Shown: positions 1 through 61,591, numbered from the stretch's first letter. The stretch: DNA of 64,000 nucleotides from Octopus sinensis (GCF_006345805.1 NC_043015.1:16678001-16742000); one strand, 5' to 3'. Numbers and translations are program-made. The notes: a model not told the origin generated them from the letters alone.

Positions 1-3000
1 AGAACTGGGTGGATCTAATTAACAACTGCAAGAATAACAACAACAGTAACAGCATTAACTCATTTTTGCTAACTAATTAAAGATTCTAAAGCTAAAGAAT
101 TAGACATTTAAAGTTAGTTGAATTTATCAGATGACTGTGATATTTATTATAATACAGCTGCCAATCTTTCTATTCTAACATTGAATATTATTTTCTTCTG
201 TTTGATAGCTATTTTACATCCACATTTCTCAGTTGTCATAAAGATCAGTATTTTCTAATAAATTGAGTTATTTGCGTAAACTTTTACTAGATTTGTTGTT
301 TCTTTGTTTGTTAGTCAAAGGAACTTACCAATTGCAAGCCTTCCTGATTATGGAATAATGACGGCTTGATAAGTGAGATGCAATAGAGAAATAAGTTGAA
401 ACACATAGAGGTGGAGAATAAAGACACAGTAGAGATGGAGTAGGGCAACAAATTAGTAGAGACATTAAAATGTTTGATTTATAAAAATTTATTTTGACTC
501 CTTGAACTCTAGATTCAAATCCTGCCACGGTCAACTTTTCTTTTGATCCTTTCATAAATAAATTACTAACCCAGGGCAGTGGACTGATAAAATTGTTAGA
601 GCTTTGGACAAGATACTTTATAATAGCCATCCCTGTTGTATACATTCTAGCTTCAAAATCCTGACCAAGCCATTATTATAATGAAATAACTTCTTTCAGG
701 TGGACTAATAAATCCAAATAAAAAGATCTTGAAGACAGAATAGTTTACATATATATTTGCTTTGACAAGAATGAAGTGTAATGTTTTAAGTGGAGCACAT
801 ATGAGGAAAGACTTGCAGAGAAGAAAATGGAGAGACCATCCAAAGTAACATCACAAGTGCATGGTGAGATATTTGATTCAGCATAAAGAAACATTATTCC
901 TCACAGAAGTATTGGTATAAAGGACAATAGAAGAAGCTGCTGCACAGTGGGACTGAACCCAAAATCACATGGTTACAAGGTGAACTTCTGAACTACACAG
1001 CCTGTGCCTATCTATGCTGGCAGCTGACAAATAGAAAATTTCAAATCAGGAAGACTAATAAAAATGACACTAGCTGAAGAATTCTATTGTAGATTTTAAA
1101 AAAATACTTATACACATTTAACTTATCATTAATAAAATAGTCCCAGAGATATGCCTCGCATATCCCCACCCCAAGAAAAAAAATAGGCAATCTGTTGGTT
1201 ACAACAACAAGGGTTCCAGTTGATCCAATCAACAGAACAGCCTGCTCATGAAATTAATGTGCAAGTGGTTGAGCATTTCACAGACACACATATTCTTACT
1301 CTGGTTCTCAGGGAGATTCAGTGTGACACAAAATGTGACAAGGCTGGCCCTTAAAAAAAACAGGTACTACTCATTATTGCCAGCTGAGTGGATTGGAGCA
1401 ACATGAAAGTGTCTTGCTCAAGAGACACAATGCACCACTGGAAATCAAACTCATGATTGTGACCAGAATACCCTAACCACTAGGCCACACACCTTCACTA
1501 CACTGGGTGTATGATGAGCTTCAGTAAGATTACAACTTTTTTATATTCTTAGGTTTTAGTCCTTTTAGAACATCAACTAGTTTTTTCATAGTTGTAGTTT
1601 AAAAAATTACTTTATTTTTTAAAATGCTTTTAAGATGGCCTTGAGCATTACTCTCTCTGACAAAGATCACAGAGATAGCTGACTAGATGTTCTGGATGTC
1701 TGAGAGAAACCCAGTTTTGTATTTTGATTATGACATGCACCACTATACACTATTAGTGTTAGAATCCAACGTCACAAAAACAATTTAATAGTAATATCAC
1801 ATGAATTGAACCCTACCCTATTCACCAGTGGCATGATATTGTTTATGCATTTCCTGTTATGGTCACAAGATTCTGCTTCTTTCACACTCAAAATAGATCA
1901 AAATCCTAAACAGTACATCTAACTCACAATAAACACTTCAAGCTGATCAACTACTGACCTTCTACCAATATCTAATTTATATTAAATTATTACCCAATTA
2001 TCTGGGACAGTGCTACTGCTATATTCACACAAACTAGCTGAACCATATTTTAAAAATCCATTCAACCCATTAGCAAAGGTTCCTTCACCAATACATAACA
2101 ACTACTTGCAATGTATATACATTTTTAATATTTAACTCTTCTACCACGATTACAGCAGCTTCAGCTCTCCTGAACTAGCAACCAGCTGAAAGACAGACAC
2201 CTTCCTCTTTGACCATAATAAAGTCCTCAGAAGCATTTTAAAATTTCATTTGAAGAGGAAAGTGAGGATGAAGAGGGAAGTGCTGCCTCCCATCAAATTT
2301 CTTGAAAGGTGGATGAGAGTAGAAAACTTGGCCCAAGTGGATGGGTTTACTCTGAGTATGCATCTATAAATTGAAAGAGAACAACTAGGAGAAGGCACTT
2401 CTTTAGTGGTCGAGATGACTGTGGTTTTAAGGGGTTTCCATGAGAAGTTCTCAGGGGTTTTATCCCTTTGGAGAATTATTCTTTGTTTGAATTTTGTCTT
2501 ATTCCATTTTCTTGTTTATATACTTTTTTATGTAATCCTACACTATATTATCCTGGATGTTATAATTTAATTAATACATAGTTAGCATGTTCTTTTACCT
2601 CAGTACTCCTTTATTAAATACCAGTAAATACCAATTGATCAATCTTCATAGATACCATCTGATAAGTTAGTATTTAAGTATATAATATGTATAAATATTA
2701 AACTATTTCTAGATAATTTCTTTTCCTCCCTCTATTGTGGTAAAAAGTTTGGTATATATTCAAAAAACTTTTTATCCATTTGTTATAATATTCTTCTTAA
2801 TAATCTTCTGAATAACCTTAAATCTTAACTTTATACAATATGGCAATATTGTTTAAAATATTTAACTATAGTACCCCATAATAAAATTTCTGCTGTTTCA
2901 TTATCAATGGTCTACTAGTTGCTTGCCCCTTTAATTGTCAGCTATCATCTTGATTTAAGATTTCCTTTACCAAATCTCGTTATATTGCTTCAAATTAATC

Positions 3001-3439
3001 TTGATAGTTTTTATGACTATACCCACTATAATTTCTGTTGACTCCCTCAGCCCACTTCCTAGCAGGCACTACTCCTTGTTCTTTTAGCCTTAGATATACA
3101 AAGATTTGATAAACTAGACTATAAATTAAAACTGACCCCATAAAACAGTGACAAACTAGACCTGTAACAAGTCTTTCTTCCTGATACCTTAGTAGCTTCT
3201 AAGCTGAAGTGAAGACAGCATGTTCTTTGTCTATCTCCTTACTTCCTGGGAGATTTTAGGTAAAATGATACTAATGTGTCCATCTGTTTTTAATTTAATC
3301 TAATTCTTTATGTAGCTGAGGATTGCTCTGTATTTAAATTGATGTAATGATCGCATTGTTCAATTAAATGGAGTTGCTTGAAACGATCGTACTGCATTAC
3401 CTTTGGATATCTTTGTTGCTTATTTTGATTATATCAATA

Positions 3440-3469
3440 GATAGATAGATGTATATAAACGTAGATGTA

Positions 3470-3511
<42 letters not shown>

Positions 3512-3757
3512 TCCATATATGCATTATATACACATCAATATATATATATATATATATACACATCTATATATGTATTATATACATACATATATATATACAC
3601 ACACATCTATGTATATATATATCCATCTATATGTTTATATATATGTGTGTGTGAGAGTGTGTATATATGTATATGTATGCATATATATGTATATATATAT
3701 ACATACATATATCCACACATCTATATATGTATTATATATATACATACATCTATCTAT
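3440..3757. repeat. Compound (TA)n/(CA)n microsatellite
   Basis: Direct reading of the sequence. Confidence 0.95.
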
Positions 3758-5837
3758 CGGGAGAGTTCACGAAAAAAACAAAAGACGAAGACAGGTGGTG
3801 TATAAAACAAACAGATGTATTAGTATAACGCCCAGGAATTGAAAAAGTCTTTTACATTTCGAGCCTATGCTCTTCTACAGAAAGGGACACAGAAAAAAAA
3901 GCAAGGAGAGAAAAAAATGTGTGTAGTGGCTACCGATTTATCATGGCGACTGCCGGACCGAAGGGTCACACAGGAGAGTGAAGGAGTAGGGGAGAAAACA
4001 AAGTAAAGATGACCCCCCAACATGAAGGTGCGTGTGTGTGAAAGAGAGTATGTATGCGCGTGTGAAAGAGGGCTGGTGGTCTTGATGTGTGCGTGTGTGT
4101 ATGTGTAGGTGTGAAAATGTGGGGATGGGAATTGGTCAGTGCTGGTGTGTGGGTGATGTGTTGTGATGTTGTTGAGAGGTGGGGGAGGCGAGAATGAGGA
4201 AAGCACAGGTGGGGTGTGGGTTAGGCTGAGGGTTGTGGTTGAGTTGGGGTATGGTGGGTAGGTAGAGGGTGGGGGTAGAGGTGGGTATGTGGGTGAGGGT
4301 GTAAGGGATGGGATGGGGGGATGGGAAGGATAGGGAAATTGGAGCAGGAATGGGGGAAGAAGGGGAATGTGGGTATGTGAGAAGAGAGAGAGAGAGTAAG
4401 AGAGAGGAGAGAAAGAGAATAAGAGAGAAGAGAGAAAGAGAGAGTGAAAGAGTAAGAGAGAAGAGAGAAAGAGAGTAGGGGTGTAGAGAAGTAGGAGTGA
4501 AGAGAAGTAGGAGTCGGAGCAAGAGAGGAGAGGTGAGTGGGAAGAAGTAGGGGAGGGGGAGAGAGGCAAGGGGGGGAGGTTAGATGAAGAAGAGAAGAGA
4601 GTTGAGCCCAAATGGCATAAAGGAGCGAAGAGAGAAGATTAATCCCTGTTCATGGTGCAAACGGGAGTCATGATGGCTTCTGTGCAAGGATAATCCGAAC
4701 ACAGACAGGTGTTGCAAAGAGTGACTGGTAGAGCAGAAATAGTGTGAGACCAGAGTGTCATTGCCGAAGTGGATGTCTCAGAAGTGTTCCGCGAACCAGT
4801 CAGCCAAGTGGTGTCCTGTTTGTCCGATGTACAGAGAATGGCAGAGAGAGCAGGAGATGCAATAGATGATATTGGTAGAGGTGCAGGTGAAAGAGTCAGT
4901 GATGCGATAGGGTCAATGATGGGTGCCGGTGAAAAGGGTGGTGTTGGAGAGGTAAGGGCAAGTGCGGCAGCATGGGCAGGAACAAGCCAGGTTGGGAGGT
5001 AGGGTTGGGGAAGAAGCTGTGGACCAAGAGGTCTCGTAGGTTGTGGGCTCATTTGAAGGAGGGAAGCGGTCAGTTAGGGAAGATGTGTGAAGTGGATGGG
5101 TTGGACTGGAGATGCCGGAAAGCTCGGAGATGGTGCATTGGAGAGGTAGGGTGGAGGGGTGGTAGGTGAGGGGAAAAGGGAGGCTGGAGACTGCAGGGCG
5201 AGTTCAGGGGGAGAGAGCAGATGCACAGACCACAGAACATGCCCTGGCACATTTGGCCAGACGAACGAGTGTGGAGGTGTCAGGTTGGGGATTGGGTCGG
5301 AGGTCCAGGAAGTGTTTCAGTGCACGCAGCCCCGCATGGTGAGGGATCACAGTGTAAAGGCTCTGGATGTCCAGAGTGAAGAGAAGTTTAGAGGGGCCAG
5401 GAAAGGAGGAGAAAGAATTGAATAGACGAAGAGCATGGTTGGTGTCATGGATGTGAGAAGGGAGAGAAGCCACTAGGGGGGCAAGGACATGGTCGAGATA
5501 TTTGGAGATAAGCTCAGTGGGGCAGTTGCAGGCAGAGATGATGGGGCAGCTAGGATTGTTAGGTTTGTGGATTTCGGTAAGGAAGTAAATAGTGGGGGTG
5601 CAGGGGGTTTCGGACAGTGAGGTTGGAGGCGGTGTGGGGGAGACGGGAGGACGAGATGAGGTCATGGATGGTAGAGGAGACTGTCTGTTGGTAGCTGGAC
5701 GTGGGGTCAGAGGGCAGAAAGCAGTAAAAGGAGGTGTCATTAAGTTGGCGGAGAGCTTCGGCCTTATAGAGGTCTACACGCCATACCACCACTGCTCCAC
5801 CCTTGTCAGCCGGTTTTATAATGATGTCAGTGCGGCA
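3758..5837 (-). mobile_element. Penelope-like retroelement (RT N-half + GIY-YIG endonuclease + 3' terminal repeat), internally deleted and degenerate
   Basis: The - strand translates to IIIKPADKGGAVVVW, IYFLTEIHKPNNPSCPIIS and LFTLDIQSLYTVIPH (PLE RT). Around 4700-4910 it gives SFTCTSTNIIYCISCSLCHSLYIGQTG (GIY-YIG). The YIDD core is missing. Confidence 0.9.
3849..3884 (-). ncRNA. Minimal hammerhead-ribozyme-like motif in the PLE terminal repeat
   Basis: The - strand reads CTTT-CTGTAGA-A-GAGC(ATAG)GCTC-GAAA-T-GTA-AAAG. This gives stem I CTTT/AAAG, stem II GAGC/GCTC, the GAAA core and a GTA cleavage triplet. The core deviates from CUGANGA. Confidence 0.55.
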
Positions 5838-6063
5838 TTTCTTATTTCTTTACTGCCGACAAGGGGCTAAACATAGAGGGGATAAACAAGGATTAAGTCG
5901 ATTACATTGATCTCAGTGTGTAACTGGTACTTAATTTATCGACCCCAAAAGTATGAAAGGCAAAATCGACCTTGGCAGAATTTGGTCTCAGAATGTAAAG
6001 ACAGACGAAATACCGCTAAGCATTTCCTCCAGCGTGCTAACGTTTCTGCCAGCTCGCTGCCTT
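5838..6063 (-). mobile_element. SINE family B copy at the 5' truncation of the Penelope-like element
   Basis: Reverse complement of the 36009-36230 family. Confidence 0.8.
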
Positions 6064-6639
6064 AGAAAGTGAACATTCATTTTAGAAATATATTCTTTAT
6101 TCTTATTGCTTAAGCATTACTCCCTTACTTCCTGACATGAAATTTCGTAACATTTTACCTCATAACTATTTTTCTACTAAATTTTTGTTCAATGTGACTA
6201 GCAATTCTGAATTCCTCATGCATTTTTCTATCATTTAAGCCTAAGAAAGGTATACTTTTAATTTAAAATTTTAAAAATCTATGTTAATTGAAGATGAATA
6301 TCTGCCTTACTCCCCCCCCCCCTTGAGGTTGCAGATATTTTGATGTAATGCTTTTTTCTACTGAACTAAATCTCAAACTATTTATGCCAAAGTGTAGCTG
6401 CGGAGGTGTCTTTAAAACTATTAACAGTTTGCAATTTAGCCGAGAACTATATAATTGGTGAAGCTTGGAAGTTGCTGCGACTGCCGAAATGGTGGACTTA
6501 AGAATATATTCAACCAACCACTACCATGGTTGAATGATATATAAATACATACATACAAGATCTACATATACATATATACATACATGCATACATGTATACA
6601 TGGATGTACCATCTTTTATTCATTTTCAAAAAAACTTGC

Positions 6640-7400
6640 TTCCCTAGTCACGTATCATTTCTCAGTCGCTGCTTACATCACTGCCTCATCCCTAAAGGTT
6701 TCTGCCTCCATTTCCACCCCACTCTCCACTCTGCTTCATCCATCCTACCCATACTCCGTACCACATCCTACCACCTTATGCATGCCACTATTCGCTCCAA
6801 TCTCTCAAAAATACATATCATTGACCGCCTTCTCCCTCTGGCTTTTTCCATCTTTTTCTCCTCTCTGTCGCCCTTCCATGCTCAAAACACTTTGCGTTAT
6901 ATAATTCATCAATTTCTTGACAACACCAAAGTTTGTAAACTCCACTCACTCCTCCATTTCATCACACCCGATGCCACTACCCTTCTCCCTCCCTGATATG
7001 CTCTCCCCACCTACACCCAACCCCCTGTCCCTCTAACCCCCCTCACACATCCCCACTCCCTCCCTCCCAGCCTTCCACCACCCCTCCTACTTCTATTCCA
7101 TCCACCCCTCTCCACTTCAGTCAGTTGTTACCATTCCCCCAGATCTTCCCCTCTCTGAAGCGGAGTGCTCCATCGTGCATTTCATCCCCCGCACTCCATC
7201 CTGTAATGAATTTCAGACTCATGCTGATATCCACAGCTTTGTGCGCCATGTTAGGTTGTGTGCACTTTTCCGCGACACTCCACCCACATCTAACGAGGAG
7301 GATTGCTTCACTGACCTGGGCAGCCGACCATCCCAGTGGACACCTGCTCCTGGCCAGTTCTCAGCAGTTGATCTTCTCCAGGCATCCCTGTCATCTCAAC
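6640..7400 (+). mobile_element. Penelope-like ORF N-terminal fragment (degenerate)
   Basis: Translates to SHVSFLSRCLHHCLIPKGF, VVTIPPDLPLSEAE, FIPRTPSCNEFQTHADIHSFVRHVRL and SQWTPAPG, which are typical pre-RT motifs of PLE ORFs. Confidence 0.7.
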
Positions 7401-7408
7401 ATCTCCCC

Positions 7409-8165
7409 AGTCGAGTTCCAGATTATCTTTGCAATTTCGGCTGGTTATACTCTAGATTGCTCCAATCTGGCCAGCCCCAAGGAAAAACTAAGCTAAGAGC
7501 ATTAGATTCCTTGGAAGAAAGCAGCGAATGTATACGAAAACAAGGTCGGAAAAAAAAACAGAGAATGTTACACAAATACAATTAATAGGACATAACAACA
7601 GGTGTCTTTCAACTAAGGACAAATTAAATTAAGCTGGCGTGTGTAGAAGTAAAGCCTTATGGCAGGGATACAAGATTTCACAGGCACAGGGAGGGATATA
7701 AATGTTGCATGGATGGTGGCCGAATCAAGAAAAAAGGTCAGGCTTGGCTGAACACCGGTCATGTGCAGAGAGAAGAGAGAGAGGTAGAGGCAGAGGGACA
7801 GAAGAAATAAGGAGGGGCGAGAAAAAAAAAAGCAGAGACACAGTGAAGTGAAAAGAGGAGGGAAAGTGAGCATGAAGAGAAGGCAAGGAAATGTGAGAGA
7901 GGGGGAACGAAAGAACGAAGAGTGGAATGAGTGAAGTGTGAAAGGGCTGAAAGAAAGAAGGAAAGAACAGAAAGTATAGTCGTACAAGATTTAGATAAAT
8001 ATATACTTACATATAAGAGACCAAAGTGTACGTACGCCGCTATATGTTTTATATATAAAAAATACAAAATGGGACAAGAACACAAAACATCCAGACAGTT
8101 AGTTGATACAAAAAGGAACAACAAAACATCCAGATAGACGATACAAAGAAAACAAGGACGGTCGC
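7409..8165 (-). mobile_element. Unclassified repeat, probably a PLE-type 3'/terminal-repeat sequence
   Basis: Purine-rich low-complexity segment with the same layout as 3760-4600. It contains a GGCTGG/CCAGCC-GAAA stem on the - strand and has TA-rich junctions. Classification is inferred. Confidence 0.35.
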
Positions 8166-8454
8166 ATCTATATATGTGTGTGTGTGTCACTGAAGCCATT
8201 CACACATACATAACCCCTCTCTTTCTCTGTCAATCACTCACACATTTACTCACTACAAAAAGTGAATATAAAAATTATCTTTCTCTCTCTCTCACACACA
8301 CACACATACCCACACACCAGCACCATTGCTCTCTCTGTCTCTTCACACACACTAACAAAACAACTTCACATACACACCATACTTTCTGTCTCGCACACTC
8401 ATCGATTCTTTCCCTTCACAACCGACTTCAAAAGATAACTTCCCTGATCCAATT

Positions 8455-8496
<42 letters not shown>
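8455..8496. repeat. (CT)n microsatellite
   Basis: Direct reading of the sequence. Confidence 0.95.
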
Positions 8497-8499
<3 letters not shown>

Positions 8500-8739
8500 T
8501 TTATGCCGACTTCAAAAGATCCCCTCTCCGCACATATGTAAAAAAATTTTTTTTTTTTCGGAAAGCGACCATCAGAAACATAGACATATGCACGTGGTTT
8601 GAGAAGTGATATAAACTATTCTCAAATCAAAAGATCGCCAAATTCTAAATAATCTGATATAATCACATATTAAACAGTAATATAAAATAATTCAAGATCA
8701 TAACAATAATCAACGATAACCCAAAAATGAGCAAAATTG

Positions 8740-9516
8740 GGATCTTTTCCTTTTGAACGACAGTTTTCAACACAATTTCTAGTTAACTAAACACTTTTAA
8801 ACTTCGTATACTGGTAGAATGTGTTTATAAAACATCATTTTTTTCTTGGCTTTATTGAGAAAACTCTATAGTTTGTAAGATATTTCCACTTTAAAATCGA
8901 GCATTTCGGCAATTTTAACCAATCGCTGGAGCCCATTTGGGGTGAAAACATTCCGTGCTGTATGAATATGTCCCTCGTTTAAGAAACAGAATGGGTTTAT
9001 TTACATTTGCGAAGAAAAAAAGATACCCTTCCCCCACCCCTAACCCTAAAACAGATTGAAATGCAATAGATCGATACTAGGGTTATAATTATGGGTGACA
9101 ATTTCATACAACACTGCTACGGAAAATGGATTTTTTTCTAGCGGTGTCAAATGAAAATGTCACCCATAATTATAACTCTAGTATCGATCTATTGCATTTC
9201 AATGTTTTAGGGTTAGGTGTGGGGGAAGGGTATCTTTTTTTATTCGCAAATGTAAATAAACCCATTCTGTTTCTTAAACGAGGGACATATTCATACAGCA
9301 CGGAATGTTTTCACCCCAAATGGACTCCAGCGATCGGTTAAAATTGCCGAAATGCTCGATTTTAAAGTGGAAATATCTAACAAACTATAGAATTTTCTCA
9401 ATAAAACCAAGAAAAAAACGATGTTTTATAAACACATTCTACCAATATACGAAGTTTAAAAGTGTTTAGTTAACTAGAAATTGTGTTGACATATGCCGTT
9501 CAAAAGGAAAAGATCC
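8740..9516. mobile_element. 777-bp foldback element (Merlin-like non-autonomous DNA transposon)
   Basis: Inverted arms of about 370 bp (GGATCTTTTCCTTTTGAACG... / ...CGTTCAAAAGGAAAAGATCC) around a short spacer. 8-bp TSD CAAAATTG at 8732-8739 and 9517-9524, 5'-GG termini, and internal CCCTAACCCTAA/TTAGGGTTAGG. Confidence 0.85.
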
Positions 9517-9519
9517 CAA

Positions 9520-9836
9520 AATTGAACTACCACAACACAAAAAATGCACAGATATACCAAAATGGACAGCAACACGAATACAAAAATGGACAGCTAAAAC
9601 AATAAATTGCACCAAAAATATCCTCAGTTACAAATAAGTTGGCTGCAAGTAACACGCAAAAAAACTTTTCCGTGACCTCCACACAAACTAAAAGTAGCAA
9701 AAGTTTGATATAAAGTGAAAGTGGTACGCTAAACTCAAAGATCCTCTTCTTGCTTTACTGCTTAATGTCTTGTATTTCAGAGAATTACAAAGGAAGGGAG
9801 ATAATCAATAAACCCAATGTAAATCTGTAAACAAAG

Positions 9837-9845
<9 letters not shown>
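9520..9845 (+). promoter_or_regulatory. Probable KRI1 proximal promoter / 5' UTR
   Basis: Unique sequence between the foldback element and the ATG. AAGATGGC over the start codon resembles the YY1-type motif of housekeeping genes. The TSS cannot be determined from sequence. Confidence 0.4.
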
Positions 9846-59332
<49,487 letters not shown>

Positions 59333-59337
<5 letters not shown>

Positions 59338-59390
59338 AAACAATTGATAATTTGCTGTAATGGTTTATTGTTTTGTTTTGTTTTCTTCTA
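59333..59390 (+). terminator. Candidate KRI1 polyadenylation signal overlapping the stop codon, plus a GU/U-rich downstream element
   Basis: AATAAA at 59333-59338 contains the TAA stop. TGGTTTATTGTTTTGTTTTGTTTT follows about 25-50 nt downstream. Confidence 0.5.
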
Positions 59391-59677
59391 TATTTTAGTA
59401 CTTTCTCCTTTACTGTTTTTATTGACATCATTACAATCTGTTATATACATACTTAATTACACAGTTATACATACACATACTTTCACAAACATACATGTAT
59501 AATATAATTTCCCTTCCTAACATTTCACCCAATTCACCATTAAGAGCTACATCAAAATATAAACCCATGCTTGCAACATTCTTTAATTAGTAACAGATCT
59601 TCATATTTTCATAAAATTCATTTAACAATCATTATAATACTTCCCAAGTCTCAGAAATGCCTAAACACATTTACCTT

Positions 59678-60420
59678 CATCATCATCGTCATCGTTTAAC
59701 GTCCATTTTCCATGGGTTGGACGGTTTGACTGAGGTCTGGAGAACCAGCAGCTGCACCAGGCTCCAATCTGATTTGGCAAGGTTTCTACAGCTGGATGCC
59801 CTTCCTAACGCCAACCACTCTGAGAGTGTAGTGGGTGCTTTTTACGTGCCAGTCAGTGGGTACTGACCTCAGCCACGTTCAGATGAAGCTTATTACATGC
59901 CACCGGCACAAGAGCCAGTCATGGGGTACTGGCATTGGCCACGTTCAGATGGTGCTTTTTACGTGCCACCGACACAGGAGTCAGTCAGGGGGCACTGGTC
60001 ACAGCTACGATATTGGTTTTACTTGACTCAACAGGTCTTCTCAAGCATATCATATCACATGGCGCATCAGCGGTACTCTTAACTTGGCCAGGCATTCGAT
60101 CTCACTTTAGTTACCGGGTCTTCTCAATCACAGCTTATCTCCAAAGGCCTCAGTCTCCTGTCATTGCCTCTGTGAGACCCAATGTTCGAAGGTCATGCTG
60201 CACCACCTCATCTTGTGTCTTCCTGAGTCTACTTTTTCCACAGTTAGGGAGTGGCACTTCTTCACACAGCTGTCCTCATTCATATGTAACACATGACCAT
60301 ACCAGCGCAGTCATTTCTTGCACACCACATTTGATGTTCCTTATGCCCAACTTTTCTCTCAGGAAACTTACATTCTGTCATGTATGCCCACTGACATTAC
60401 ACATCCAGTGGATCATACAA
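59678..60420 (-). mobile_element. RTE LINE 3' fragment with (GAT)n tail
   Basis: Reverse complement of 52200-53077. Confidence 0.85.
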
Positions 60421-60429
60421 CAGTGACAC

Positions 60430-60660
60430 CATCCCAAATGTGAAAGTTTTCCCTGGTGGTTCCAGCTATGTTAAGGATGTACTTTTGCCAAGAGAGATCT
60501 CCAGTTATAGTGAGGCCCAGCATTTGAAGCAATTGTGATGGTCATAGTTGCATGCTGCTCATGATTAAAGTGGAAGGGTCTGATGTTTGATATGAGTAGC
60601 ATTTGTGTTTTCTTGCTGTTGAAAGAGACAAGATTGTAACACTCAATATCTGGTTTCGAT
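60430..60660 (-). mobile_element. CR1/Jockey-group LINE RT fragment
   Basis: NLVSFNSKKTQ and MLGLTITGDLSWQKYI remnants. Confidence 0.55.
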
Positions 60661-60848
60661 TTCCATTTGCAACTGACAAAGTCCTGTATATCAGTTAAAG
60701 CCCTTAGTAGCCATTTCACTTGCTAGAAATGGTAATCAAAATCTTATATAAGAACAGGAAACATTAGATAATGCAATCCAGTCTAATCCTAAAAACAAAA
60801 AGACAGGATAATCATATCTGAAATGCTTTTTAGCAATTAGGGTACCTT

Positions 60849-60938
60849 TCAAATATCAAACTCGAGGAAGAAATGTGCTGAACGCTGGAAACAAAAGCAA
60901 AAAGGAATCAAACACAATGAACAATTAAATGTAACATT
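60849..60938 (+). pseudogene. Duplicated ~90-bp fragment of KRI1 exon 18
   Basis: Matches 59170-59261 (…GAGGAAGAAAyGTGCTGAACGCTGG…CAAAAAGGAATCAAACACAATGAACAATTAAATGTAACATT) with a few substitutions and a 2-nt deletion. Confidence 0.9.
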
Positions 60939-61360
60939 ATATTCAGCAGTAACAAAACACAACCACCACATCAAGAAAATACTCCAACACCATGAAAATC
61001 TTATAAAACCATCCTATGACTGCATCACTAATTCTAGGAATTTTCTTGAAAACATGAAAATACATCAGCTTTATTCTCTCTTTCTACAATAGTAACTGCT
61101 CCCATGAATACTCTAACTATACACCTCAAGCATACACTATTCGATATGATTCTGTTTTCATCTCTGCTGTATTTCAATCCTCCTCAGCTACATATTTCCT
61201 ACAAAAGGTCTTGGTCAGGGGTAGGGAAATCCCTGCACGCAAGCCCATTTTATTTTGCCCACAGGCTGATATACTTGGAGTAAATTTTTCAATTATAAAA
61301 TCTATACAATATTCGTCTGCCTGGTTGCGACATAGGTTGCATTTCCACGACTTAAAATGG

Positions 61361-61424
61361 TTAGACTTGAACAGAAACTTGTTGGGTAATTGCCATTTGA
61401 ATAGAAATTTTGTTCTCACTATCA
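61361..61424 (-). CDS. Probable terminal exon of the convergent gene (NDSENKISIQMAITQQVSVQV*)
   Basis: GTGTTTTATAG acceptor whose phase (2) matches the donor at 63161. AATAAA on the - strand at 61249-61254 and 61070-61075. Confidence 0.45.
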
Positions 61425-61591
61425 CTATAAAACACATACTGCTGGGTTTGTACCACCCCCTTGAGACCCAACTACACTCTAGCTGAAAAATATAGAAACC
61501 TCTTAAGTAATATAAATGCCCTAAATTCAGTGGCGGTGTTAATGAAGATGATTACATGTTATATTAATGTATATCAAATTATACATAGATA

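Noticed and set aside
3343-3400. Hairpin with ATGA...AA...GA resembling a SECIS element or pre-miRNA
   Set aside because: Helix II pairs poorly, the bulges are large, and no associated selenoprotein exon is visible.
1-3400. Possible exons of an upstream gene (e.g. the acidic stretch near 2250-2300)
   Set aside because: No consistent splice sites or recognisable protein; mostly decayed repeats.
3449-4611. Long ORFs rich in YI/HT or S/L/P
   Set aside because: They are translations of microsatellite and low-complexity PLE 3' sequence.
9036-9220. TTAGGG/CCCTAA repeats suggesting an interstitial telomere
   Set aside because: Only about 2 units each, and they are internal motifs of the foldback element.
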